This document shows, piece after piece, positions 37,329 through 46,814 of a DNA stretch of 64,000 nucleotides. Source of the DNA: Patescibacteria group bacterium (GTDB lineage Bacteria > Patescibacteriota > Gracilibacteria > JAHISY01); NCBI GenBank assembly GCA_041665585.1, contig JBAYIN010000005.1, positions 29,622 to 93,621 of the forward strand. The letters run 5' to 3'. The notes beneath the pieces were generated by a model. The model worked only from the letters and a program-made list of their open reading frames with translations. It made no database searches and had not been told where the DNA came from. Position numbers and translations under genes: made by a program. Position 1 is the first letter of the stretch; each line of letters starts with the position of its first letter.

Positions 37329-37377
37329 TAGGGTAAAGCGTTAGATATACAGGGCATAAATTAGATCACTAAAAGCC

Positions 37378-37977
37378 TCAAATCAAATCCGCGAAATTTT
37401 GCAGCACCTGCAAACCGACCGCGCCGCTTTTTTCCGGATGGAATTGCACACCCCAAATTTGCTCACGATTCACGACCGCGGGAAAAGCCTGACCGTGCGT
37501 CGTCGTCGCTTTCACGATTGAATTATCTTTGGGTTTGGCGAAGTAAGAATGGACGAAATAAAAGGGCGTTTTGGTTTTGATGCCTTTCAGAATTTTCGGC
37601 GTTTTGCCGAAATCAACCGGATTCCAGCCGATGTGCGGAATCTTGATGCCGTCGGTAGAAAATTTCTCGACCGAGCCTTCGAAAATTCCAAGACACTCGG
37701 TCGCGTCTTCGGCGGATTTTTCGAATAGGATTTGCAGACCGAGACAGATGCCAAGGAATGGCTTCTCTTGAATTTCCTCGCGCAAAACTTCGACTAATCC
37801 GGCTTTTTGCAGATTACGCATTGCCGCACCCGCCGCGCCGACGCCCGGGATAATAATCGCATCAGCCTTTTGAATTTTCGCGGGATCGTTTGTCGCCTCA
37901 TTTTTTAATTTCAAAAAATCGAGCGCCCGCGTCACACTGCGCAAATTCCCCGCGGCATAATCGACGATTGCAATCAT
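37378..37977 (-). CDS. hisH: Imidazole glycerol phosphate synthase, glutamine amidotransferase subunit
   Basis: 'IAIVDYAAGNLRSV', 'GICLGLQ', 'GVQFHPEKS'. Confidence 0.9.
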   Translation of the reverse strand: MIAIVDYAAGNLRSVTRALDFLKLKNEATNDPAKIQKADAIIIPGVGAAGAAMRNLQKAGLVEVLREEIQEKPFLGICLGLQILFEKSAEDATECLGIFEGSVEKFSTDGIKIPHIGWNPVDFGKTPKILKGIKTKTPFYFVHSYFAKPKDNSIVKATTTHGQAFPAVVNREQIWGVQFHPEKSGAVGLQVLQNFADLI

Positions 37978-37981
37978 AGGA

Positions 37982-38014
37982 AGTTGATAGCCCCGAAGGG
38001 GTCCCTTCGGGATT
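37982..38014. repeat. 33-nt double-hairpin element, copy 2 (inverted)
   Basis: Exact reverse complement of 4847..4879. Confidence 0.9.
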
Positions 38015-38101
38015 GTTAGTTTATAGTTTTTAGAATTTTTTTAAGTAAATCTCAAAAATTACGCGAACCCATTCTACCAACTAATAACCACCAGCTAACA
38101 A

Positions 38102-38701
38102 CTAACAGGTGCCTTTTGTCGAAGGAATGCGTTTCGCATTCCGCGAATCAATCGCGACTGCTTCACGCAGAGCGCGTGCGAAAGCTTTAAACAAAGCCTC
38201 AACTTGGTGGTGCGTCGAGCGCGCATTTTTCGTTTCGAGATAAAGGTTGGCGCGCGCACCATTCACGAAGCCTTCGAAAAAATCCTCGATGACATTCGTC
38301 TGTAAATCACCGACCTCTTTCTCGCGAAATTTAATTTTGAAAACGAGCTTCGTGCGATTGGCGAAATCGACTGCCGCAAGCGCGAGTGCTTCGTCCATGG
38401 GGAAAGCGAACGCGCCATCACTCCCCGCGCGCATGATGCCAACTTTATTTTTGAGTGCTTGCGCGACAGCCTCACCGAGCACGATGCCGAGGTCTTCAAC
38501 CAAGTGGTGCTGGTCGACATGCAAGTCTCCGCTCGCTTTGATTTTCAAATCAAAAGAAGCGTGCTTCGCGAGACTCGTCAAAACATGATCGAGAAAGCCA
38601 ATCGAGGTCGCGATTTTCGAATCGCCTTTGCCGTCCAAATTTAAAACGAGGTCGATTTTCGTCTCACGAGTTTGGCGGGAAATTTTTGCTATTCGAGCCA
38701 C
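38102..38701 (-). CDS. hisB: Imidazoleglycerol-phosphate dehydratase
   Basis: 'RQTRETKI', 'IGFLDHVLTSLAKH', 'DQHHLVEDLGI', 'HHQVEALFKAFARAL'. Confidence 0.9.
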   Translation of the reverse strand: MARIAKISRQTRETKIDLVLNLDGKGDSKIATSIGFLDHVLTSLAKHASFDLKIKASGDLHVDQHHLVEDLGIVLGEAVAQALKNKVGIMRAGSDGAFAFPMDEALALAAVDFANRTKLVFKIKFREKEVGDLQTNVIEDFFEGFVNGARANLYLETKNARSTHHQVEALFKAFARALREAVAIDSRNAKRIPSTKGTC

Positions 38702-38798
38702 GGACTTATTTTAAAACTTTTTCTGACTTTTAGGAAACACGACTTCTTTGACAAAGCTAAGTTCTTTTTCGTATGGTTAAGTCTTCTTAATTTTTTTT

Positions 38799-39197
38799 AT
38801 GATTGAGAAAGATTACAAGGCAGAAGAAACCGGTCTTCGAAAGTTCCTTTGTACGACGATTGGCAAATTACTAAATAATCCTCCGCCTCCAGAAGAAATT
38901 ATGAAACAGCTGCTGGCAGTAGAGGCAAAACTCTTAAAAGCTGGTAGTGACTGGAATGAAGAGAAGAGAAAGATTGAGCAACAGGGTTTGTCTACATTGA
39001 AACAAGCAGAAATCGAAAAGGCTTTACGACCAGTCAACGCGGCAATCACAAGATATAAAGAAGCAAGCAATGAATATGTGAACATCAAAGCAAAAATGCG
39101 CCAAACTGAAATAAGCGACTGTCCAACACAAAAATTTAAAAAGCTAATGCGAGACTTTTTCTTACAAATTTTGCAGGAACCAGCTTTGACGAAGTAA
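38799..39197 (+). CDS. Hypothetical protein (AT-rich; distant tandem paralogue of 39236..39595)
   Basis: 132 aa. Shares ordered motifs with the next ORF ('PPPPEEIMKQ' vs 'IPPIPAEIIEQ', 'ITRYKEASNEY' vs 'IAYYQAQADY', 'QKFKKL' vs 'NKFKNL'). Confidence 0.45.
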   Translation: MIEKDYKAEETGLRKFLCTTIGKLLNNPPPPEEIMKQLLAVEAKLLKAGSDWNEEKRKIEQQGLSTLKQAEIEKALRPVNAAITRYKEASNEYVNIKAKMRQTEISDCPTQKFKKLMRDFFLQILQEPALTK

Positions 39198-39235
39198 GAC
39201 TTTTTTTTATAAACTCACACCTAATTTATTAAACC

Positions 39236-39595
39236 ATGGTCGAAGAAGTTATCACCACCGCAACAGCCGAAAAACCAGATTTTTTCGAAGCTATCCGCAA
39301 AAAAGTCCTAGTCGCGCTCGGCATTCCGCCGATTCCGGCGGAAATAATTGAGCAATACAAAAACGCAGGACACAGTTTCGACACTGCCGTGAGAGAATTT
39401 CAAGATATGATAAAGACACTTAAGGGATATGATTTGTATAACGGCGAAAAACAAGAGATGCCGCCAGAATTAGAAACTGCTCGGATAGCTTATTATCAAG
39501 CTCAAGCTGATTATAACCAAGCCGCCAGAATGTTTGGTCCAAACGGCAGATTCGCGCAAAGAAATAAGTTTAAAAACTTAAAGTGGTGGGCTTGA
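39236..39595 (+). CDS. Hypothetical protein (AT-rich); 3' end overlaps tRNA-Val
   Basis: 119 aa. The last four codons and the stop lie inside the 3' end of the antisense tRNA-Val gene (12-nt overlap). Confidence 0.4.
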   Translation: MVEEVITTATAEKPDFFEAIRKKVLVALGIPPIPAEIIEQYKNAGHSFDTAVREFQDMIKTLKGYDLYNGEKQEMPPELETARIAYYQAQADYNQAARMFGPNGRFAQRNKFKNLKWWA

Positions 39596-39660
39596 GAGGA
39601 TTCGAACCTCTGACCTCACGCGTGTGAAGCGTGCGCTCTAACCAACTGAGCTACAAACCC
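39584..39660 (-). tRNA. tRNA-Val: tRNA-Val (anticodon CAC), CCA encoded
   Basis: The reverse complement reads gggtttgtagctcagttggttagagcgcacgcttCACacgcgtgaggtcagaggttcgaatcctctcaagcccacca. Confidence 0.9.
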
Positions 39661-39921
39661 ATTTTAAGTATTAAGTATTAAGTATTAAGTATTAAATCAT
39701 AATTACAACTTATGACTTAATACTTATGATTTATAATTTATAACCTTCTTGATGTCCATCGGGACACTCTAACCAACTGAGGGACGAAGTCCAGCCTTCG
39801 GCTCTACAAACCCATTTTAAGTGTTAAGTGTTAAGTGTTAAGTGTCTAAATCGCAATTATGACTTATGACTTATGACTTAATACTTATGTGACTTATGAC
39901 TTAATACTTATGATTTAATAT
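39661..39921. repeat. Heptamer arrays plus a partial tandem duplication of the tRNA-Val 5' half
   Basis: (AAGTATT)4, then 'atgactt' words. A tRNA-Val fragment at 39767..39813 carries a 22-nt double-hairpin insert 'ggacgaagtccagccttcggct'. This is followed by (TTAAGTG)4 and more 'atgactt' words. Confidence 0.85.
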
Positions 39922-41214
39922 TTATTCTGCCATCGCCGAGCGTTCGACTCCGACACCCACCCAGCGAACCGGAATGCCGAGAAATTGCTCGATGAACTGA
40001 ATGTACTTTTGCGCATTCTCGGGTAAGTCGGAAATTTTACGAGCGGCGGAAGTGTCAGCCTGCCAGCCCGGCAAAGTCTCGAAAATCGGTTCGACTTTTT
40101 CGTAGTCCTCAATCGTCGCAGGCAGCGAAGAAATCTCTTCACCGTCGAGTAAGTATTTCGTACAAACCTGAATCTCAGGCAAGTCGTTAAGAACATCGAG
40201 CTTCGTGAGATTGATTGCGTTCGTGCCATTCAGCCGAGCGGCGAAGCGCGTCGCAACGAGATCCATCCAGCCGCAGCGGCGTGGTCGTCCAGTCGTCGCG
40301 CCAAATTCCGCGCCGATCTGGCGAATTTTTTCGCCGAGTTCATTGGTCAATTCCGTCGGAAAAGGTCCCGCGCCGACGCGCGTCGTGTACGCTTTCGCGA
40401 CACCGATGGAATTGAGATTTTGCGGTGCGACACCGAGACCGGAGAAGATATTGCCGGCCGTCGTCGTGGAGCTCGTGACGAAGGGAAAAGTCCCGAAATC
40501 GACATCAAGCAAAGATCCCTGCGCGCCTTCGGCGAGCACGGTTTTGCCATCGGCTAAAGCGTTTTGGAGAATTTCGGAAGTATCGCAAATCATGCCTTCG
40601 AGTCTCTCCGCCAGGTCTTCGTAAAGTGTGATTTCGCGTTCGATATTGAATTTGAAAGGCATACCTTCGATCAAATTAATCTCTTCGAGACGCGCGCGCA
40701 GCTTCACGGCAAACGATTCGAAATTCAGCAAATCACCCATGCGCAGACTCCGGCGATTCACGCGGTCAGAATAAGCCGGACCAATCCCCCGTTTCGTCGT
40801 GCCAATTTTTTTGGCACCGAGTTTCGCTTCCGCCAAACCGTCGAGTTCTTTGTGAAAGTCGAACAAGATGGTCGCGCGGTCGGAAATGAAGAGTCGGTCG
40901 GTGAATTTCACGCCCAATTTTTCGAGCTCAGCCATTTCTTCAATCAAAGTCGGCAGATGCACGACGCAACCATTGCCAATCACATTCTTCGTTTGCGGAT
41001 GCAGCACGCCGGACGGCAGTTGGTGCAGCACGACTTTTTGACCATCGACGACGATTGTGTGTCCGGCATTCGCGCCGCCGCCGAAGCGCGCGACGAATTG
41101 CATTTTGCCGGCGAGAATGTCGACGAGTTTGCCTTTGCCTTCGTCACCCCAATTCAGACCGAGGACGGCTGTGAGCTTGCCTGCCGGAGAGGCAGGATTT
41201 TGATTTGAATTCAT
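39922..41214 (-). CDS. purA: Adenylosuccinate synthetase
   Basis: 430 aa. P-loop 'WGDEGKGKLVD', 'GTTKRGIGPAY', 'TTGRPRRCGW'. Confidence 0.95.
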   Translation of the reverse strand: MNSNQNPASPAGKLTAVLGLNWGDEGKGKLVDILAGKMQFVARFGGGANAGHTIVVDGQKVVLHQLPSGVLHPQTKNVIGNGCVVHLPTLIEEMAELEKLGVKFTDRLFISDRATILFDFHKELDGLAEAKLGAKKIGTTKRGIGPAYSDRVNRRSLRMGDLLNFESFAVKLRARLEEINLIEGMPFKFNIEREITLYEDLAERLEGMICDTSEILQNALADGKTVLAEGAQGSLLDVDFGTFPFVTSSTTTAGNIFSGLGVAPQNLNSIGVAKAYTTRVGAGPFPTELTNELGEKIRQIGAEFGATTGRPRRCGWMDLVATRFAARLNGTNAINLTKLDVLNDLPEIQVCTKYLLDGEEISSLPATIEDYEKVEPIFETLPGWQADTSAARKISDLPENAQKYIQFIEQFLGIPVRWVGVGVERSAMAE

Positions 41215-41240
41215 ATGGGCATTTTAACACGCAGTTCTTT

Positions 41241-41474
41241 CTAATTACCGCAGCGAGGATCATCATCAAAAATATCGGTTGGATAATCCGAATTTCGATT
41301 AGCTTTTGTCGAGCTTTCTCTGAGAAAAACCTCCATCAATCGTGTAATTTTTTGTCGCCAAGATTGGCGTCTCAGCCAAGCATAAATTTTTTCAACAAGA
41401 GCCTGATCCTTCATTAATAATCTCTGATGTTCGGGGATAATTTCCTTTGGGCGATTTGGCTTAGGCATCGTCAT
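41241..41474 (-). CDS. Small hypothetical protein
   Basis: 77-aa ORF with no motif recognised. Confidence 0.3.
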   Translation of the reverse strand: MTMPKPNRPKEIIPEHQRLLMKDQALVEKIYAWLRRQSWRQKITRLMEVFLRESSTKANRNSDYPTDIFDDDPRCGN

Positions 41475-41529
41475 TTTTTAAATTAAAAAGCAATCTCATC
41501 CTAACAAGTCTTTTGCTAAAATCGCAATC

Positions 41530-42960
41530 ATGTTAATCCAGTTTTTCAATTCGCTCGGTCGCAAAAAAGAAGTCTTCGAGTCACTCGAAAAGAATCGTGT
41601 CAAAATTTATTCCTGCGGCCCGACGGTCTATGCCTCACCTCACATTGGCAATTTCCGCGCGTTTATTTTCGCCGATCTCCTGCGCCGCAGTTTGGAATTC
41701 CTCGGCTTCGAGGTCGAGAGCGTGATGAATATCACCGATGTCGGACACCTCGTCAGCGATTCGGATTCGGGCGAAGACAAATTGGAAAAAGGCGCAGCGC
41801 GCGAAGGCATCTCCCCGCTCGCAATCGCGCGCAAATACGAAAAGGAATTTCTTGATGATTTAGAAAAATTAAACATCGAAAAACCAACCTATCTGCCCCG
41901 AGCGAGCGAGCACATCGGCGAGCAAATTGAATTAATTAAAACGCTGGGAAAAAAGGGTTTTACTTACGAGACTTCGGACGGCATTTATTTCGACACCAGC
42001 AAATTTGCAAATTACGGTGCGCTCTCCGGTCAGAAAATCGAGGATAAAGAAGCCGGTGCGCGCGTCGCCGTGAAGTCCGAGAAGAGAAATCCGGCCGACT
42101 TCGCGCTGTGGAAATTTTGCGTCGGCGAAAATGAAAAACACATCCTCTGCTGGAATTTCGAGAGCGGCAAGCAGCTGTCTGATAAAAATCTCAGATCTGA
42201 AGCCGAAACGCGCAAAGCAAAAATCGGTTTCCCAGGCTGGCACATCGAGTGCTCAGCGATGAGCATGAAATATCTCGGCGCGTCGTTCGACATTCACACC
42301 GGCGGCGTCGATCACATTCCGGTCCACCATGAGAATGAAATCGCGCAATCGGAAGCTGCGACCGGTCAGAAGTTTGTGAATTTTTGGCTGCACAATGAAT
42401 TCCTCACGATTGACGGCGGCAAGATGAGCAAAAGCCTCGGCAATCTTTTTACTTTGGCTGACCTCGCCGCGAAAGATTTCGAGCCACTCGCCTTTCGTTA
42501 TTTCTGCCTGAATTCGAATTATCGCGGCAAGCTGAATTTTTCTTGGGAAGCTTTGCAAAACGCGCAGAATTCGCTTGAGAAATTGCGCAGCGCATTTCAG
42601 AAATTACCAAGCACCGGAGCAATCGACCAATTCGAGCTGGAGAAATTTGGCGTCGCGCTCGCCGACGATTTGAATTCGCCGCGCGCACTCGCAGTCGTTT
42701 GGGATTATTTGAAAAAGCCGGACGCGAACCAAGCAACTTTGGCGAAATTCGACGAAGTTCTCGGATTCGATTTAGCGCGTGAAGAAGATGCATCGGTCGA
42801 GCTTTCTGCAGAGCAGCAAAAATTACTCACCGAACGAGCCACGGCACGCGCTGAAAAAGACTTCGCCAAGTCTGATGAGATTCGCGCCAAATTCGCTGAA
42901 ATGGGACTAGAAATCGAAGACGCGAAAAGTGGCGAGCAGATTGTGAGAAAGAAAAACTAG
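41530..42960 (+). CDS. cysS: Cysteine--tRNA ligase
   Basis: 'HIGN' in 'SPHIGNFRAF'. 'KMSKS' in 'GGKMSKSLGN'. Zn-binding 'GWHIECSAM'. Confidence 0.95.
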   Translation: MLIQFFNSLGRKKEVFESLEKNRVKIYSCGPTVYASPHIGNFRAFIFADLLRRSLEFLGFEVESVMNITDVGHLVSDSDSGEDKLEKGAAREGISPLAIARKYEKEFLDDLEKLNIEKPTYLPRASEHIGEQIELIKTLGKKGFTYETSDGIYFDTSKFANYGALSGQKIEDKEAGARVAVKSEKRNPADFALWKFCVGENEKHILCWNFESGKQLSDKNLRSEAETRKAKIGFPGWHIECSAMSMKYLGASFDIHTGGVDHIPVHHENEIAQSEAATGQKFVNFWLHNEFLTIDGGKMSKSLGNLFTLADLAAKDFEPLAFRYFCLNSNYRGKLNFSWEALQNAQNSLEKLRSAFQKLPSTGAIDQFELEKFGVALADDLNSPRALAVVWDYLKKPDANQATLAKFDEVLGFDLAREEDASVELSAEQQKLLTERATARAEKDFAKSDEIRAKFAEMGLEIEDAKSGEQIVRKKN

Positions 42961-43553
42961 GCTTTGACTTCCGCGGGTTTTCCTAAGCTTTGCAAATATT
43001 CGATTAAGTCTCCAACTGTGCTTCCTTTCTTGTGAAGGATTTTATAGATTTCCCCTAATTTGACTGCACATGCGAAATGGTCGAAAACATTATTTCCAAA
43101 TACTGTGGCATAAAAATCGTCAATTTCGCCATCTGAGTCTGCAAGCAATTCAATAAATTCTGTATCTCGGTTTAAATTTTTATGTCTAATCTTGAATCTA
43201 GTTAAAATCTCTTCAAGATAGCCCAAAACAATTTTCTCAGAATATTTTTCCAGCTGAATGTTATATGCTTCGTTAACCGCGCACATAATTATCCGATTAA
43301 TAATATTCCTAATTGTAAGACGCAAAGCCTCAAATTCTTTTCGATTACTCTCAGAAAGAGTAAAACCCTGCTGATTTAACTCTTTCTCTGCTTTTTGCAT
43401 TGCTTGATCAAGCACTGCTTCGAAATCGAGCCCTGACGCCAAAAGCTTGTAAATCATCTCATGTACATCAGACGCTCTATTATTTATTAAAAAATTTTTT
43501 AAATCGAAAGGCTTTTCTCCAGCTGCTTCGGACTTATCATTTGGTTCGCCCAT
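42957..43553 (-). CDS. Hypothetical protein (AT-rich orphan)
   Basis: 198-aa ORF with no motif recognised. Convergent with cysS; the stop codons overlap. Confidence 0.4.
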   Translation of the reverse strand: MGEPNDKSEAAGEKPFDLKNFLINNRASDVHEMIYKLLASGLDFEAVLDQAMQKAEKELNQQGFTLSESNRKEFEALRLTIRNIINRIIMCAVNEAYNIQLEKYSEKIVLGYLEEILTRFKIRHKNLNRDTEFIELLADSDGEIDDFYATVFGNNVFDHFACAVKLGEIYKILHKKGSTVGDLIEYLQSLGKPAEVKA

Positions 43554-43626
43554 TTTTCATGAATTTAAAAATAAGGTTTGATTTTATCCGAAAAGCTCGT
43601 GAAAGCAAATTTGTTAAAATCCGAGA

Positions 43627-44538
43627 ATGAAAATCATCGTCGCAGTTTCGGGCGGAGTGGACTCGGTCGTCTTGCTCGACCTTTTAGCGAAAAAGAAATT
43701 AGCTAAGTTTTTGGGACGCAAGTTGCCGAAAATTGAAATCCTGGGCGTCGCGCATTTCAATCACCGCATTCACCGCGAAGCGGATGCGCAGCAGCAATTC
43801 GTCAAGCAATTGGCAGCGAAATATCGCCTGCCGTTTTTCACGAAAACTAGTTCGCGCAAAATTAAATCCGAGGCGGAAGCGCGCGCGGCACGCTACGAAT
43901 TTTTGGAGAAGCTTTGGCAAAAAGAAAAAGCCGACACAATCGCGCTCGCCCACCACGGCGATGATCAGGTCGAGACGATTTTTTTGAATCTGATTCGCGG
44001 CTCCGGACTCGCCGGTGCGACCGGGATGACCGAACTCGCGGGAAAAAAGTGGCGACCATTTTTGGAGATTCCGAAAGCGCAAATCGAAGCTTACGCAAAA
44101 AAAGCCAAATTAAAATTCGTGGTTGATCCGACGAACAGCGATCCAAATTTTGCGCGGAATTATTTGCGCGCGGAGATTTTGCCGAGAATGCGCCAGCTGA
44201 ATCCGCGTCTGGACGAAGGCATTCGGCGCTTCGCGAAAATCGCGCGCGAGAATTTGGAGCTGACGAATTTGCTCGCCGCCGAATTTTTGCGCCGAACGGA
44301 AAATGCGCAAACCATTCCGCTGCTAGAGTTTGGCGTACTGCCACCTGCCGTCGCGAAGGCGGTCGTGCGCGAAATTTATCTGAAAGAAATCGGTAATTTG
44401 CAGAAAATTGAGGAGCGCCATGTCGCCGAAGTTTTAGCATTGGCGCGGAATTCCGCCGGTGGCAAACAGAAAAAATTCGGCGAACTCACTTTCCGGACTG
44501 CGAAACTCGCCGGTCAGCGTGTCCTGAGCTGGAAATAG
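43627..44538 (+). CDS. tilS: tRNA(Ile)-lysidine synthetase
   Basis: PP-loop 'VAVSGGVDSVVL'. 'AHHGDDQVETIFLNLIRG'. Confidence 0.85.
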   Translation: MKIIVAVSGGVDSVVLLDLLAKKKLAKFLGRKLPKIEILGVAHFNHRIHREADAQQQFVKQLAAKYRLPFFTKTSSRKIKSEAEARAARYEFLEKLWQKEKADTIALAHHGDDQVETIFLNLIRGSGLAGATGMTELAGKKWRPFLEIPKAQIEAYAKKAKLKFVVDPTNSDPNFARNYLRAEILPRMRQLNPRLDEGIRRFAKIARENLELTNLLAAEFLRRTENAQTIPLLEFGVLPPAVAKAVVREIYLKEIGNLQKIEERHVAEVLALARNSAGGKQKKFGELTFRTAKLAGQRVLSWK

Positions 44539-44600
44539 TTTTTGACAGTCGCCAACTTTTTGCTAAAATTCCGCGGCTTTTCGTTTTTTTAATTTATTTT

Positions 44601-45182
44601 TTGCCTCCTCGAAAGAGATACACACCAGCCGTGCGGATTCCCCGCCCGATCATGAATGAGCGAATCTTCGCGCGCGAAGTGTTCGTGGTCGGTTCAGATG
44701 GCGAAAAATTGGGCAAAATGCTGACGAGTGAAGCAGTCGCGAAAGCGAAAGCGGAAGAACTCGATCTCATTCTCGTCGCGCCGAAAGCCATTCCGCCCGT
44801 CGCCAAAATTCTCGATTGCGGCAAATGGATGTACGAACAGCAAAAAGCACTCTCGAAAAATAAATCGAGTGGCAAAGCAAAAGAGATGAAAGGCGTGCGA
44901 CTCGGTGTCCGCATCGCGGAAGGCGATCTCGCCACGCGCGCAAAACAAGGTCGCGATTTCCTCGCCAAAGGTCACAAGCTGCGCGTCGTCCTCCAATTCA
45001 AAGGTCGCGAAATGACACACTTCGACCTCGCGCTCGCCAAGATGAAAGAGTTCGCTGCTCGCGTCGATGAAGTCTCGAAGATTGAAGAATTACCTAAAAA
45101 AATGGGACGCCAGCTCATCATGATTCTGACTCCCGAAAAGAAGAAAATTATTAACTCACCAGAAAATGAAACTAAAGACTAA
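44601..45182 (+). CDS. infC: Translation initiation factor IF-3
   Basis: 'INERIFAREVFVVGSDGEKLG', 'LDLILVAP...PPVAKILD', 'RVVLQFKGREM'. The start is uncertain: a non-ATG codon at 44601, or the ATG at 44652. Confidence 0.85.
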   Translation: MPPRKRYTPAVRIPRPIMNERIFAREVFVVGSDGEKLGKMLTSEAVAKAKAEELDLILVAPKAIPPVAKILDCGKWMYEQQKALSKNKSSGKAKEMKGVRLGVRIAEGDLATRAKQGRDFLAKGHKLRVVLQFKGREMTHFDLALAKMKEFAARVDEVSKIEELPKKMGRQLIMILTPEKKKIINSPENETKD

Positions 45183-45360
45183 TCGTTCCGCCGCCAAAAG
45201 ATTCCGCAAAACCGGAACGGGCAAAATCGTCGGACGCAAAGCTGGTCGCGGTCACCTCCTGATGCAAAAATCCAAGTCGCAGAAGAAGCTCGCGAACAAA
45301 CCGAAAATCCTCGCGAAAGGCGACGCGAAACGCATTGCGTATTTGCTGCCTAATCTGTAA
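45166..45360 (+). CDS. rpmI: 50S ribosomal protein L35
   Basis: 64 aa. 'MKLKTNRSAAKRFRKTGTGKI'. Confidence 0.9.
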   Translation: MKLKTNRSAAKRFRKTGTGKIVGRKAGRGHLLMQKSKSQKKLANKPKILAKGDAKRIAYLLPNL

Positions 45361-45450
45361 ATTAATTTTAAATTTAAAATTTAAAATTTAAAAAATTCTA
45401 AGATTTGATCTTGTTCCAAAATTTAAAACTTAAACTTTAAAATTCATCCC

Positions 45451-45819
45451 ATGAGAGTAAAAGGAGGCACCACCACCCGCGCCCGCCACAAAAAAATCTT
45501 AAAGTCGACTAAGGGATATCGCGGTCGTCAGAGGACCAATTTCCGCGTCGCGAAGCAGGCGAATATGAAAGCCGGCGAACACGCCTACATCGGTCGCAAA
45601 CTGAAAAAACGCACTTACCGCGCGCTTTGGATTCAGCGACTCAATGCTGCAGTCCGCGCCGCTGGACTCACTTATTCGCGCTTCATCGACGGACTGACGA
45701 AATCAAAAATCGTCGTGAACCGCAAAAATCTGAGTGAGCTTGCCATCAACGAACCAAAAACTTTTGAGAAATTGGTCGAGGCGGCGAAAGCAAAAGCCAG
45801 CTCGCCAGTCCGCAAATAG
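45451..45819 (+). CDS. rplT: 50S ribosomal protein L20
   Basis: 122 aa. '[23 protein letters not shown]', '[22 protein letters not shown]'. Confidence 0.9.
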   Translation: MRVKGGTTTRARHKKILKSTKGYRGRQRTNFRVAKQANMKAGEHAYIGRKLKKRTYRALWIQRLNAAVRAAGLTYSRFIDGLTKSKIVVNRKNLSELAINEPKTFEKLVEAAKAKASSPVRK

Positions 45820-45930
45820 CTCAAAAGTAAAAACCCCAATGGAAAAACTGGAACTCAAATCGAAAAACGGTTTGAAAATTAGAGTCAGTTTTTTCTTATT
45901 CCTTTTTCCTTAATTCTTAATCCTGACCTT

Positions 45931-46443
45931 GTGAGGCATGCTCTCTTCATCATCGCGCCGGAAAATTTTCGTGACGAGGAGCTTTTCGTGCCACGCGAAA
46001 TTTTGGAGAAAAATGGAATCGTGACGACCATCGCCTCGACTGAGGCTGGTGTTTGTCACGGAAAATTGGGCGGCGAAGTGGAAGCCGCGATTGGCTTGAA
46101 TCAAATTAATGTCGAAGATTTCGACGCAATTATTTTCGTCGGCGGCGCTGGTGCGCAAATTTTTTGGCACAATCCTGCCGCACTTTTGATTGCACAAAAA
46201 GCCGTCGCGCATGACAAAGTCCTCGCGGCGATTTGCGCCGCGCCGACTATCCTCGCTTTGGCAGAAGTTTTACAAGGTAAAAAGGCGACTGTTTTCTCAG
46301 ATGAAAATTACGAAAAAATCTTAACCGACCACGGCGCACTACTCAGTAAAAATGAAATTGAAGTCGACGGAAAAATCATCACCGCAAACGGACCAGCCGC
46401 CGCCGCAGAGTTCGGCAATAAAATCGTAGCGCTACTTAGATAA
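45931..46443 (+). CDS. DJ-1/PfpI family protein
   Basis: 170 aa. Nucleophile elbow 'LAAICAAP'. 'IIFVGGAG'. Confidence 0.75.
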   Translation: MRHALFIIAPENFRDEELFVPREILEKNGIVTTIASTEAGVCHGKLGGEVEAAIGLNQINVEDFDAIIFVGGAGAQIFWHNPAALLIAQKAVAHDKVLAAICAAPTILALAEVLQGKKATVFSDENYEKILTDHGALLSKNEIEVDGKIITANGPAAAAEFGNKIVALLR

Positions 46444-46463
46444 AAACTACTTCAGTTATCATC

Positions 46464-46697
46464 CTAAAAGAGCAATTTCTTTCTAAGCGAAACAAGTTTC
46501 GCTGCTTCTTCCGTATCACGGAATTTGCTTCCTATTTTTTTTGCAAGCGAATCAATAGCAAGCAAAGCATCATCGCCGCGATCAAAAATGCGTTTTACCG
46601 CTCTTCGTGTTTTCGGGTTTAAACCTTTAACTAAATCCGTTATCTCACTACAAGCATAAATTATTTCTCTTGGAACCCTAGTACAATCGTCAATCAT
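46464..46697 (-). CDS. Small hypothetical protein (AT-rich orphan)
   Basis: 77-aa ORF with no motif recognised. Confidence 0.3.
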   Translation of the reverse strand: MIDDCTRVPREIIYACSEITDLVKGLNPKTRRAVKRIFDRGDDALLAIDSLAKKIGSKFRDTEEAAKLVSLRKKLLF

Positions 46698-46814
46698 GTC
46701 CTAAAAATTAATTAAGACTGGATTTTAGACAGTTTTTTATTTCGCTGCAAATTTCTTTTTCGATTTGCGCTTAAATACCTTTTTGTTTAAAATCCGCGGG
46801 CTTAATTTTTCCTA

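Noticed and set aside
40564-41208. 214-aa plus-strand ORF
   Set aside because: It is antisense to purA, which is clearly the coding strand.
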